Shown one piece after another: positions 12,646 through 25,500 of a stretch of DNA of 64,000 nt (the first letter of the stretch is position 1; each line of letters begins with the position of its first letter). Source of the DNA: Marsupella aquatica (Eukaryota; Plantae; Marchantiophyta). A program made the translations under genes and the position numbers. The stretch is taken from contig OZ316898.1 in the NCBI GenBank assembly GCA_973895155.1, positions 3,410,480 to 3,474,479 on the forward strand, read 5' to 3'. The notes under the pieces were generated by a model. That model had not been told where the DNA came from. It ran no database searches and saw only the letters and a list, made by a program, of their open reading frames with translations.

Positions 12646-13160
12646 AAGAATCTTACATCTAAAAAGTTTTAGCCCATAAGGCTTTGCTTCCTCACGATAG
12701 TTTGACACACCCTATTGCCTTACAGTGGGCTTCACTGTAAGGCCCTGCTGTCGCTTAGTGTTGTCTGAAACTGGGATTGGGCTGACAGCCCAGTGTAAGT
12801 CAGTGTGGCTTGGCTCTTTGTACAACCTATCTCTCTCTTTAAAATTGTTTTTTTAAGTGTAAGTCCATGGTGGAAAAAGTTTGCTTAACAAACCCTTCAA
12901 TACTTTTCTCCAATCTGGACCGTTGATGGACCTTTCAATCTCAGATCTGGACCGTTGATAGACCTCAGGGGTCGACCAAGTAACAAGTTTCATTTGGGGG
13001 GTCGATCAAGCAAATACCTCGAAGTCACTTACAATATTTGAAACCAAGTCAATAAGTCACAATATGTGAACCGAGACTATAAGTCGGTACTGAGTTACAA
13101 CATTTGAACCCAATACCCAGAAGTCTCTATTTAGGTGAGTTACCATTCAGTTCTCTACCC

Positions 13161-13289
13161 GAAGCTATGCACACCAAATTCTCTCGCATCAATCCGTAGA
13201 CATTTTCCTGAAGCAAAGCTCTGTTTTTGAGCTGTGCACACCAAATCCTCTCGAATCAATCCGTAGACATTCCTGAAGCAAAGCTCTGT
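13161..13289. repeat. ~67-bp tandem duplication just upstream of BolA
   Basis: GCACACCAAAT.CTCTCG.ATCAATCCGTAGACATT..CCTGAAGCAAAGCTCTGT occurs twice. Confidence 0.8.
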
Positions 13290-13333
13290 CATTGAGTGGG
13301 GGAGGTGCAAGGGTGAATTCGGACTTCATTCAG

Positions 13334-14690
13334 ATGCTCGGGTTTAAACGAAGCCTGAGGCCATCTGGTAGCAATGGGGTTTTGAACGTGCTAAAGCGAG
13401 TGCAGAGGGACATCTTGCAGATGAATATGGAGGCAGACGCTGGGAAACCGTCCATGATTGCGGGTGCGAGGGATTATGGCTCCATGAAATCGTCCATTGA
13501 AAAGAAGGTTAGTTATTTTCAGCTTGTGAAGCTAGGAGTAGAGCCCTCAACGTGGCTGCTGAGTGAAATTTGGTTTTAGGTTTACGGAGGTCTTTAAATA
13601 TACATCACTACATATTTCCATTGTTACGCTTGATCAAACAGTGTCATGTGAAGGGCCTCTGTCATCAATTGTCGATCTATAATTGTCGATCTATGGAATG
13701 ATGACTCTTCCATAGAGTTGAAGGTTCTGGAATTGCCCACAACGTACTGATAGCTACCGTTGTAGCTGGAATGTAGGCCTGCCCGGTATCTGCCAGAGGG
13801 GTTTCCTATGGCTATCAAACGCTTCGTTCTTTTGTGGTCCTTTCACCCTTTGATCATCTTGATTCACAGCTGTAGTTCTCGAGTGAGATTTGAATTTGAC
13901 TTCGAAGCGACACAAAGTTCGTACCTCGTCCAAAGTTTATCCAATAGCAAGACATAACGTGCGTCTTTGCCCTAAATTTTTGGATAGCTTCTGCCCCGAA
14001 AATTCGTTTCCACCACTACTTTCCAGTCCCCATCACATGTGGAGTTTTATTTCTTCCGTTTTCTCACTTGGAAGACAATTGCGAGCCCCATAGCATTGCT
14101 CGCCATGGCAGTACAGTCTGGTCCAGCAGAGATAATGGAAAACTTGATTCAAGCTAGGTCGATAACATTCTTTCAAGGTGGTTAGTGCGAGAAACTAAGA
14201 ACATTTTCTGTTTGTGTATGCAACAGATGGTCATTGGTTTAAAATCGAGTCTCTCTCACCACCTTAATAGTTGTTCCGCAGCTTCAAGAAGCGTTGGCGC
14301 CCACCATGCTAGTAGTGGATGATGTGTCTCATCAGCATGCTGGTCACGCAGGAGTGGAGAAGGGCGCAAAGGAGACGCATTTCAAGTAAGTAACACGTGT
14401 TAGGTTTTGAACTGTACTTTTGGTATGGATGTTTAGCAAGTAGTCTACTACTGTACAAGCTTTTTATGCTTTTACTGAATGTCTCAGGTTTGTGTTTCTC
14501 AGCAGATGTACATTTGTTAACAGGTAATTCTGGTATGATTTTGTGCAGTGTCAAGGTTATTTCAGACAAGTTTACAGGCAGTAGTCTAATCAAACGGCAC
14601 AGAGTAGTTTATGCTTTACTGGATGACGAACTGAAGAATGGAGTACATGCATTGTCTCTGGTCACCAAAACCCCTTCGGAGCCAATGTGA
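13334..14690 (+). CDS. BolA-family protein (organellar BOLA1/4-like), 3 exons
   Basis: Exons 13334-13507, 14282-14385 and 14549-14690 join in frame through GT-AG introns. Motifs DVSHQHAGH, ETHFNVKVISDKF, KRHRVVYALL and GVHALSLVTKTP; transit-peptide-like N-terminus. Confidence 0.92.
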
Positions 14691-15876
14691 GACGGTGAAA
14701 GCCAGTTGTTCGATGTAAGTCCCAGTCGATAAGAAAGTCTAGATTCTTGGAATCGGAGCTTTCAAATTGCTCACAACAAGTGACATTCTTAAACAGTCTG
14801 GTGGACAAAGATTATGTACTACCTCCGTTGAGGAATTTCCTTTGCTCTGTGGCTCAAGCTTACATTAATTGTCCACTTCAAAGTTATTACTCATGAAGTC
14901 CGATTCTCAAATGTGAAACGCCAGCATGAATCAAAGAGTGGTTACTGATCTTAATTGTAGTTTCTACTCTGTTTTCTCTGAAGAGACGAATGAAAGCCTG
15001 ACATCGGCTATCAGCTGGAAGCAAGTATTTTCTCAGTTGAAAAGAATCGAGAAAGCTTACAGTATGGTGTTATCAACTGGTTTCTGCCGGTAAAACGGGT
15101 CGACTGTCTTTATATTCCATATCTGCGGTGATATTAAGCTCCTAAGAATGGATGGCTGCAACCAATTTGAAGGGTTGAAATTCTGACCTCAAGATTCAAT
15201 CATTCACCTACTGTAGATGAGGTCGGTCGCGTACACTAGGTCAAAGTATTCCTCCACAAGAACGGTTACTACATGCTTGTTCTAAAGAGTAATCGATTCC
15301 TCCAGTTCCATTGACGATTTTAAAGTCTCGTGGCAATTCAACATCTTAGAGATCAGTCTGAGATCCCTCCTTCCTGAATCTTAGGTTTCATAGATTCTTG
15401 GACTCCCAATTCTTTAGAATCAAGGGGTGCGTAGTTTTTGACTCTGATTGCCCTCCATTTTTAGTATTTGAGGATGGTGCAGCGGACTTGGATATTGATG
15501 GGAGTTGACTTCACTGTCTAGTATTAGAGTTATCCGCATGGTATTTTGGAAAAGAACCTGGGCTCCTTTCGTTGAGCATCTGACATGGTATCAAGTCGAG
15601 GGCTTTTGCAGGAGAGACTTTATCTGCACTGTACAAGAGATTCTTGTATGAATAAAGCCCACATTCGCAGAAGGAAAGAGCTCACTCACCGGTTTTTCTT
15701 CTGGAACAGAGTACTTCACCTTGATCGAAGCCACAGAGAGAGTAATAGGTTGTCTTCAAGTCGTGAAGGGCATCATGAAGGGTGATGAAGAACAGGACGT
15801 TGCTGTCCATAATGGAAGGTAGGGCATGTGATGGAAGCTAGGAAATGTCACAACAGGAAGCAAACACTGGAGGAAT

Positions 15877-18166
15877 ATGTCGAACGGAAAATTTGGGACC
15901 AAGGGGACGCCGCACTGGTACAGCAGTGATGAGGGCGAAGAGGAGGAAGATGAAGAGAGCACCTCAGTAAATCGAAGTGGTGCAGGAAGCGGAACGGGTG
16001 CTTCCGGACGACAAGGACAAAATACTCCGTCAGGGAGTGGTGGGCTGGTTCCTTCGAAATCAACAGTGTATATCAGTAATCTGGACTTCAGTCTAACCAA
16101 CAGCGACCTCCATACTATTTTCAGTACTTTCGGCAAGATTGGCAAGTAAATTTTGCACTGCTTGTAAATTGTCCCTCTGTTGGCCAGACTAAGTTTTCGA
16201 GATTTCGAAAGGTTATATGGATTCTCTCCTGGCTGGGATTTTGTTACCGAGATGCATAGTGAGTGCAATTTTGTTGGTGTCCATACGGTTTGTCCAAGCG
16301 CTTTATGGGTTTAGGCTAGACTCTAATATTGTATTCGATTATTTTCTGTGTGGCTGAGAACCTCTGCAGAAAAGAAAAACTTGTCGTGTCTTTAAAGATC
16401 CATGAGAGATCCCTCTTGATCATTCGACTGGTCCCATAGATGCTGAAGGATGCATTAGTCTCAAAATACTTTCCTTAGTGACAATGGCATAATTTCTTTT
16501 GGTCATGAGAGGCATGTGTGACGAGTCCTTACCTAATTGATGGGCTGGTTTACTTGTTTCAGGGTAACAGAGTTAAAGGATAGGCAAACCCGGCAGAGTA
16601 AGGGAGTTGCTTTCGTCTTGTTTACAGCAAAAGAAGACGCCCAAAATGCGGTGAGTCTCTTTTGTTGCGCAGACGACGCAAAGCTGAGCTTATGTTAGTA
16701 GATATCGTGGCTTGTCTCGTTCATCAATTCAGCCAGGGAAGTATTTTCTGGATTGATTTGGAAAGACATGGACAGGAGGATCGATGGATAGATGAATCGC
16801 TAGGAGATTGAAAGACGCGAATTTGGATTATGCAGGTGAAAGTGATGGATGGCAAAATTCTAAACAAGCGAACGATCAAGGTGTTAATTGCATCTGACAA
16901 TGGACGGGCCAAAGAGTTTATCAGACGGCGTGTATGTATTGGATCAATCACAGTGTTTACTTTGGGACCATGATCCCCCTCAGTCTGCCCATTTCTGGGA
17001 GTGGAAAACAGCATCAGAAATTCTCTGTTAATATCATCTATCCAAAACCCTAAAGATGTGGTCACCAATGTCATTGTTTAGATAAGTCATCTTAAAGTCT
17101 ACCCTCCTGTGCAGAGCCTTAGGTGCTGTCGCATGAACAGAGAAGTGAAGTCGAGGATTGTATGCCTATTCTAACGCTTGACTTCTTGCACAGGTCTATA
17201 AAGATAAGAGTCGTTGCTATGAGTGTGGAGATGAAGGCCAGCTTTCATACGAGTGCCCAAAAAACCAGGGCAGTGCAGAACCAAATTTTATTCTAGGGAG
17301 ATCCCATTGCAAACTTGGTGAGCTGAGTTTCCTCAGCAGTTTGTATTGTACACAAGTCTGGTTTGTTCAGTTCATGAAGATCCCCAGTGAAGGCAATAGT
17401 TCATTCAGTTGCTGCTGACTTCAACTTTTTGCAACAGTTAGGAGCAAGGGAGCGGCCGATTCCCAAAAAGAGGCGAGGAGGGAGGGGGCAGTATGCTGAT
17501 CAGGCTGGTCCCATTGGGAAAAATGTAGAGGAAAGGTTGGTTGTCAACGCCTATTCAGAAGTTTGACGTCTTTTGTGTTGTCATTCATCACTTCGAAATC
17601 GATTAGTTTTAGTCTCTACTTGCCCTCTCTAATAGTAGCTGAGCAAGGCAGTCATGTATTGAAGTTAACATTCGTTATTGCAGCGAGGAGGATGAGGAGG
17701 TGGACGAAACGCAGTTTGAAGATGACGGCTGGGCATCTGTTGTAGCTCCACGGTTAGTGAAGTCTTCCAAAGCGTGTACCTTGCTCCTGATCAGTCTACA
17801 TTGTTGGAACATTATGTGAACTGGCAAGGTTTGGATTGGAATACTTAAACCTTAGTCCCTGCGGTAGATTGGAAGAATCACCTTGGCATGTAACTTAGAT
17901 TTAGAGAACGCCCCTACTAAGATCATTCCGGGATGTTATGGATGCAGGGGTGACAATTTCAGAGCAGCATCCAGTGCACCTGCTATAGGGACAGCACTAT
18001 CAAGGGGCCTCAAGGTAACCTGGCCAGCACTACATCCATCGTCGTACTTTGTTCAAATATGTATCGCAATTGACTGGGCTCTCGAATTTATCATTGTTAA
18101 TTGTGATTCCAGGGACCCAAGAAGAAATCAGGTTATTTTAGCGACGAAAGTGACGACGATGCATAA
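15877..18166 (+). CDS. ZCRB1: U11/U12 snRNP 31-kDa protein (RRM plus zinc knuckle), 8 exons
   Basis: Exons 15877-16145, 16563-16650, 16836-16931, 17194-~17268, 17438-17535, ~17684-17751, ~17948-18014 and 18113-18166. Motifs [59 protein letters not shown] and terminal GYFSDES. The exon-4 donor is ambiguous. Confidence 0.9.
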
Positions 18167-21100
18167 TTGGAAAGTGAATCAGATCAAGATCTCACGAGAA
18201 AGCTATGTTGCCATTATGTTGCCATTCTCGTGACTTTCTAACGCAACGAAATTTCAAATCATGATTCCCGAGGTGCGGTATTAGAGCAAGAGTACGATGT
18301 CAACACAAAGATGTACAGGCCAATTTATTGATCGATCTGTTAGGGCTTTTGACAATCAACCCCGACCTCTACTCCTCGAGTTGTACCATTGTTCAGGTGC
18401 GATAATGGTGATGCAAACGCTATCGGAATTTACGCCAATGCCATCCAGGACTAATTATCGGATCTGGAGTGAATAAGTTTAAGGCAGTAAGTTAATAAAG
18501 CCAAATGAAATCGGTCTCTGCTTGTACCAGAATTGAACAGGGCGGTCGTGATCTTGACTTACGGTTTGGAAAGGTCGGTAAGGTCGGTAATTCCAGATAT
18601 TACTATAGATGCCCCATCTTGGACGTATTTGTAGAGGATGCAGTGCTTAAAATGGACTCCCCAACATGGACGTATGTGTAGACGATGCAGTGCAACCTTT
18701 TTTCGGCAATGGAACAGAAACAACAAGTCTCGAAAGGCAACTCAGTAATGACCAGTTGCTAAAGATTTTATTGCAGCCTTGAGAGGTTACTGTAGAGTTG
18801 CATTCATTGCCGGAAGACTCAAGTGAACACATCGTGTGGTCTTCTTGCAATACAGTAGGGGTTGGGGAAATTAATGAAATGTTCCGCACCAAACTTCAAC
18901 AACCGTCTCCTAAACAGCAACTTCAGTCGCCTCTGTTTGCAATGTAGTCTGCCATGAGGGTGGCATGTCTGTTCTCTATTACGCTGCATTTGTAGGATAC
19001 TCATGCTCCTAAACATTCCACTTTATTCAGTGGGCATTCCAGAATAAATGGACACAAGCAAATTAGCCTGGTGTTATGTAGTAAATGTTTACAGCTATCC
19101 ACGGGGACTAGACTCTATGGTCGCATGGTTTGTTCGGAGAGGCCATGAATTTGGAAAAACTCACGGAATCCATTAGGGCTCATGTCATTGTTGAACTGCA
19201 AGAATAAAGCATTGCTCGGTCATCAGGACGGATGAATTGAAGATTCAGTATGGTGTCTCCGCATATTGTTTGTGAATCATGTTGCCCAGCATCGACAGAC
19301 CTGACGATTCACATTGCATAGAAAGACTAGCAAACGCAGACAAAATAATCTAGACGTGACGATAGTTTACAAGCCAATAACTCGCTGGAAGAACCTTTAC
19401 AGAGTACCGTGTAATAGAGCCCTCTCGCGAGCCTTCAATTTCTCCCTGCTACAAAACACAACAAGGCCCGTGAGAAAAAGAATGGTACTTAGATGATTAG
19501 CAATCCAAGTAGCACGAGGAAATTCATTTGGACAGCGGATGGAATACAATATCCATCAACCATCTGCAACCAACATGTGAACGAATGTGAGAAAAACCAT
19601 ACCCGTTTGGCGTTATGAAATATGAAAAATTTCGACAAACGGTTGATCTTTCCTTTGGCGTGCTTGCAAAATCCAGAATACTTGGGACATTCAATCTGTC
19701 CTCGCATACAGGAACAACAATCAGTCCGAGTCAACATTGAAGTCAATGACAGCGACCCAAGTTCTAGCACAGGAGATAGATCTGACTTACACGAATAAAT
19801 TGCAGTCAATGACAGCATAGACTCGCTGAGCCGGGAGAAGAAAGAGGCGACGGTCGAGAAAGCGAGGCAGCAGCTGGAAGGAGCGCAACCAGTCGCCGGA
19901 ATCAAGTATAGCGGTCTCACAGTGAAGCAGTTCCAGACATTTAGAAACAAACCAAGTTCCTGCGTCTGACAGCTACCTGGCCTGTACTTTACAATGTTTG
20001 GAGATGCGCAAGCATAAAGAGAATATGTAAATGCAAGAGAGAATGAGCTCTAACTTTCTCGAGTACTTCAAGAAGTTTCAGTGTCTTAAAAGAAAACTGG
20101 TAGCCGCATTGCCAGCGCATGCAGTTTGGGTGTAGAATTTCTAGTTTAGATCGCTCTTGGCCAGCCTATCAGGACTTCAGATAGTGTTTTCCACGACATC
20201 TTGGCAATTTTGTGCTAAAATCACAAAGCTGACGTAGGGTCGTATCCCATCGGATCTAAATTTCTTGGAAATCAATGTAAGGTTTCTTTATTGGACTCCG
20301 TTGGTGCCCGGCCAATCTTGTAGCTGTGGAGAAAGCATTTGCTGTACCTGTTACCTGCAGCGTATGTTCACATCGTAAATCAATCCAGGAGGGCAGACGC
20401 AAAATCAAATGAGTTGTAAATCCTATGGCTGTTTATATGAAACTGCCTAAATTACTGAGCTTACAAGCCTAGAAGAAAGTTCAGTTTGGCTGAAGTTCTT
20501 ATGTACATGAAGCCTGAAGGAAGGTCTCTAAGTTAACCAAGCCCACCCCAAGCCCGCTCCACTCAATCCCTAATTTAATAGATCTAGTCTAAAGCAAATC
20601 CAGCAAAAGAACTTATGCTGTGTTTTAGACGATAATTGCATGCACAAATCTTTCTTATCTTTTGAATATGGACTAAATTTTGCAAGAGAACTCCTCACAT
20701 AGACTCCAAATCACAGGGAAGGGAGTTTTCTCAGTTAACCACATTGCATTCTTCTATGTAAGCACCGTTGGAGAGTTAGAAATCTAACTGCCCATGGTCA
20801 ACAAACATTTTATTTGTCCTATGGAAGCGTACAATTCTTCAAGACGCCTACAAGCTCAAAAAAGCGAAATCAATTGTTGCGGGAAAGCATCTACAGTAGC
20901 CCGTTGTGATTACGGAAAGTTGGCTCCAAGCCTTGGCCATGTAGTGAGCTTCTTCAAATTCAAAGAAGTACTACGTACTGAACGAACTGGCTGAATAGGA
21001 AGTCCCTTCAACAAAAAAAGAAACAGAAAACATACAGGATCATTTTTCGTTTTCTTTCCTTTTATAAATTTGGTGTTTGCATTTCGGTGCGCACCATATA

Positions 21101-21582
21101 AATTATCGGCCTACATTCAACGACATATGATACTTGCTTTTTCTGATGTACGACTTTCTGTCTAGATGCCATAAATTCTGGATATTCATATGAGTCATGA
21201 AGATCTTCTGTTGAGAGGACAACAAGTACAACACAAAAAATGTTTTCAATAATGTAGAGTTCAAGACGTGATGTCACGAGGCATCATAGTCCTTCCATGT
21301 CATGAGGAACGTGTACAACTACAGTAGCTGTCTGCAAGGGGAATCTTTTGTGGCAACCCATCATTTTCAACATCAACTGACGGATGCAATTTAGTGAGCT
21401 CTCAATCTCTGACATTACTCGACACATATAAAAACACATTTGGGTTGAGAGTATCAAAGGGAAGCTCTTCACTTTGTGGAGTCTCCCTGTTCATTCATAC
21501 AGATTATCACGTTGCACTTTAATCTGATTTTGGGTATCTGAAATTGTCACTTAGGACTTGTCACTGAGCATGACAGAGTTTT

Positions 21583-21810
21583 TCTCAATATCACTCCACA
21601 CCTCTCCATTTTCCAGGGTAGCTGGTCCCATACCGATATTTCCTAGGACTTCAAGAGCAAGAGGCAGTTCGTCACACTAACTTGCTCAAAACAGCTTCCA
21701 CCAAGTTTTTGAAGATGGTCCTCCCTTTTCTGACATTGTTTCAAAAATAATTCTCTTGCAGCAGCTCTAGTTAACTACCTACCATGATGAATGCTATCAC
21801 ACCTCCAATT
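21583..21810 (-). pseudogene. Degenerate NB-ARC fragment paralogous to the adjacent hydrolase-NLR
   Basis: Nucleotide similarity to 25170-25425 (TCACTCCACACCTCTCC, GATATTT..CTAG.ACTTCAAGAGCAAGAGGCAG = GLPLALEVLG region, CTTGCTCA..A.AGCTTCCACCA, TCAAAAATA.TTCTC..GCAGCAG), with indels. Confidence 0.8.
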
Positions 21811-22490
21811 TCTATTTTTTTTTGAACTTGCTGTAGCCCGACTTGGGGTGGATAAAGCCCTCTGACAGCTTTATAAACCCCATCTTTTTCTGCTATATTA
21901 GCAACTGTATCATTGCAACTACATCCTCCATCTCTTACAACATTCTAAAGTCAGAAAAATCAGGTGCAAGAAACATCTACAGGCCTAGCCTTGATACCTG
22001 GCAGAAAGACTCATCGTCAAATTCACGCTGATCACAAACCCGTCCTCTATACTAGTTAAAAACCCGTAGTTGTTGTACATCTCCGTAATCAAAACGAGCT
22101 CATTGTTGCATCTACTTTCCCCCAAGTTGATTCTAGAGAATCTTTCATGTGACAAGTGGTCCTCAAATTCATTCAAGGAACCTCAGCAGAGGATGACCAT
22201 CTTGTTGTAGTCCATGATCCTTAAGCCCTCAGATTTGCAAGCAACTGTAGTATCTGAATCTATAACAGATTTAGAAGGGAGTACGATACATACACATATC
22301 AGAACAACACCTGCGACCAGTGATTGGAACTCCTCTGCCTCTCCTTTCTTTGGTTTGTCGCCTCTGCTCTCCAGTTCATGCTAGACAGAATATTGATGTC
22401 TGTCTCTTTCGAGAGACTCTTGCAGCAGTACTTCAAAAGCCATTAGATTTCCTCTTCATACCATAAATCTGTTGGAACTTTCAACAGCAA

Positions 22491-22569
22491 GCACCGGCTA
22501 GGAATTGAACCTAGGACCCCTAGGACCTCTCGTGTAAATCGTAGTGCTCTACCACTGAGCTACAGGCCC
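22491..22569 (-). pseudogene. tRNA-derived sequence (pseudo-tRNA-Val(TAC)-like or SINE head)
   Basis: Minus strand reads GGGCCTGTAGCTCAGTGGTAGAGCACTACGATTTACACGAGAGGTCCTAGGGGTCCTAGGTTCAATTCCTAGCCGGTGC. A box, B box, perfect D stem (GCTC/GAGC) and perfect T stem (CTAGG/CCTAG); the anticodon and acceptor stems are broken. Confidence 0.75.
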
Positions 22570-25500
22570 TTTGTGGCTGTATCCATCTTCATTCCAGTGT
22601 GGTTCATTTGCAAAAAATCTACATGAACTGCCTGGCCTTGCCGTTTCTTGAAGGACTTTGGCATGGTACACAACAGGGGACAATCGTTGATCCGTAGATA
22701 TAGCAAGGATTCGAGCTGCCCGAAGGATTCTGGCAGGGAACGAAATGCCGTGCAAGAATCAACGGTAAGGCTGCTCAAGGATTTCAGCTGCCCAAATGAT
22801 TCTGGCAGGGAACGCAATGCCTTGCAAGCATCAAACTGAAGCCGGCTTAAGGATTTCAGGTTCCCAAACGATTCTGGCAGGGTCTCTAGTAGGGGACATT
22901 GCTTGATAAATAGAGATTGCAAGGCTTCGAGCTGCCCGAAGGATTCTGGCAGGGAACGCAATGCCGTGCAAGCATATAAAGTAAGTGAGCTTAAGGATTT
23001 CAACTGCCCAAATGATTCTGGCAGGGAACTCAATGCCGTGCAAGAATCAAAGCGAAGCTCTTTTAAGGATTTCAGCTGCACGAATGATCCTGGCAGGGAA
23101 CTCAATGCCGTGCAAGACCAAACGTCAAGATGGCTTAAGGATTTCAGCTGCCCAAATGATTCTGGCAGGGAACTCAATGCCGTGCAAGAATCAAAGCGAA
23201 GCTCTTTTAAGGATTTCAGCTGCCCAAATGATTATGGCAGGGAACTCAATGCCGTGCAATCACCAAGTTTAAGCGTGCTTAAGGATGTCAGCTGCCCAAA
23301 TGATTCTGGCAGGGAACGCAATGCCTCGCAAGCATCAAACTTAAGCCGGCTTAAGGATTTCAGGTTCCCAAACGATTCTGGCAGGGTCTCTAGTAGCGAA
23401 CAGCGACTGAATTTCAGGGAGCTTAATGCTTCTAGATCCCCGAACGATTCGGGCAAAAATCGAAATGTGCAATCTTCAAACTTGAAACTGCTTATCGTTT
23501 TAAATCTCCCCAATGATTCTGGCAGGCGCTGGAGTCCCCATTGTCTGTACGAATTGTCTTCGGTCAAGGTCAGATTCGTCAAGGCTGCGACGTTCCACAG
23601 AAATTCCAGGTCGATCCTCAATTTGGGACAACCCAAGAATACCAAATCCCTTAAAGCTTCGATTTCTCTCACACTTTCGGGAACATAGTACAATCCCTCG
23701 CAATTCAAAAATTCCAGATGGCGCAACACTTTGAGGTTTCCAAATGTATCTGGCATGGCACCCAATTGCGAGCACTGTTTGAATTTCAGATAACTCAAAG
23801 CCTTCAGGTCCCCAAAAGATTCAGGCACGACATGCAACGCCTTGCAGTACGCAAAGTCCAGGTGACTTAAGGCTTTCAGCCGCCCGAATGACTCTGGCAG
23901 GGTGCTCAATTTCGAACACCATAAGAACTTCACGTGGCTTAGGGCTTCAAGATCCATAAAGGATTCCGGGAGCGTATGGAATTCGTCACAATACACAACT
24001 TCCAGATCGCGTAACTTCTTGAGCTGGCCGCAGGATTCGGGCAGAGTTTTCAAGTTGCGGCAGGCATAGAATCCAAGGTGTGTCAAGGAAGAAAGCTGTC
24101 CGAAGGACTCGGGTAGAGAGGACAAATTTCTGAAAGAAGAAATCTTGAGGTGCTTCAAGCTTGAAAGTTGACCAAACGTTTGTGGCAATCCCCAAACGCA
24201 GCCACAACCGTGGAGATCGAGAAACTCTAATTTTGAGAAGTCTCCGATCGTCCCAAGTATACTCTGCATGTCAGACGTGTAACGTACACGTCTGGGCAGG
24301 TCAAGCAGTGTATCTACCTCACTTCCGAGTTTCCCGAGAGCGGTTGGTGCATCAGCTAGACAGCCTGAAAGGGTCGAGTTCTCACAGGGACCTTCCAATT
24401 CCAACACCACCAGATGGTCTCGGAGAGCTTGCTGTAAAAGACCCCGGCTAAATCTTGATGCACTACATCTGAGTAAGACGAGATTCGTTGGGACCGATTC
24501 CCCTCGTCGAGCCCCATCAACGACTACTAGGCCACGGACTTCCAAGTACTGCAGCGATTTTAGTCGACGGAGAGCTGAGCTTGGAATACGGATATCCCGA
24601 CCGAAATTGTCCCATGATCCTAAATGCAGGGCAAACATTTCCTGTAATGCATGGCCAGTGCAGCACCATTCAGGTCATATGGATCTCATGTAAAAATCAT
24701 ACATGAGACTTCAGAATCCATCGATCTCAGGTGCTTCAAACATTCCAACCACAGGTAAAACTTTTCACGACAGAGGCCTATCCATGAAACGACGGAAGAT
24801 CAATTCATGTGGAACTCACCTTGTCATTCACAGACCTTGTGTTGGTTAGTATTTCAACTCCCATGTTCCCATCCCATACCCTGCGCTTCCCATTGTTTGT
24901 GGCCTCCGATGCTATACTCCTTCCCAAGTACTGGAGTTGTTCATGGACACGGATACATTCGTGGTCTTCTACGTTATGAACAAGAGATAACTTCACTAAC
25001 GTCCGCCATTGTAGCTCGACATGATCTAAGCCATAAGTTACCCTCCATGCTGCTTTAGCTTGACTCAACGTCCACTTTGTGTTGCTGAAGAATGTTGTGG
25101 CATCTAAAAATATTTGCTGCTCCTTCTCACTCAGACCATTATAACTTATCCTCAATATGGCCAAGAGCTTCTTCTCAATGTCACTCCACACCTCTCCGTT
25201 CTCTAGGGCACCGAGAATCTGCCCCCATTCCATATCATTAGCGGCATACAGATATTTCCCTAGAACTTCAAGAGCAAGAGGCAGGCCTTCACACTTGCTC
25301 ACAATAGCTTCCACCACGTTCTCTAACGTGTGAGATGGTCGTGCCTTCTCTGAAAACGCATGGCTCAAAAATACTTCTCGGGCAGCAGTTTTAGTCAACG
25401 ATCTTACACAATAAATGCTATCAAATTCTCTCTCAAGTTCTCCTTCACGTGATGTTACAATGACGCGACTCTCCGAACTTGTCGCCTTCACCAAATTCAG

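Noticed and set aside
18300-20400. Possible minus-strand transcript (pyrimidine-rich leader and GTAAGT donor near 19790)
   Set aside because: No convincing coding exons could be assembled, and it cannot be supported without expression data.
22903-23688. 261-aa repetitive + strand ORF
   Set aside because: Antisense shadow of the 72-nt LRR repeats.
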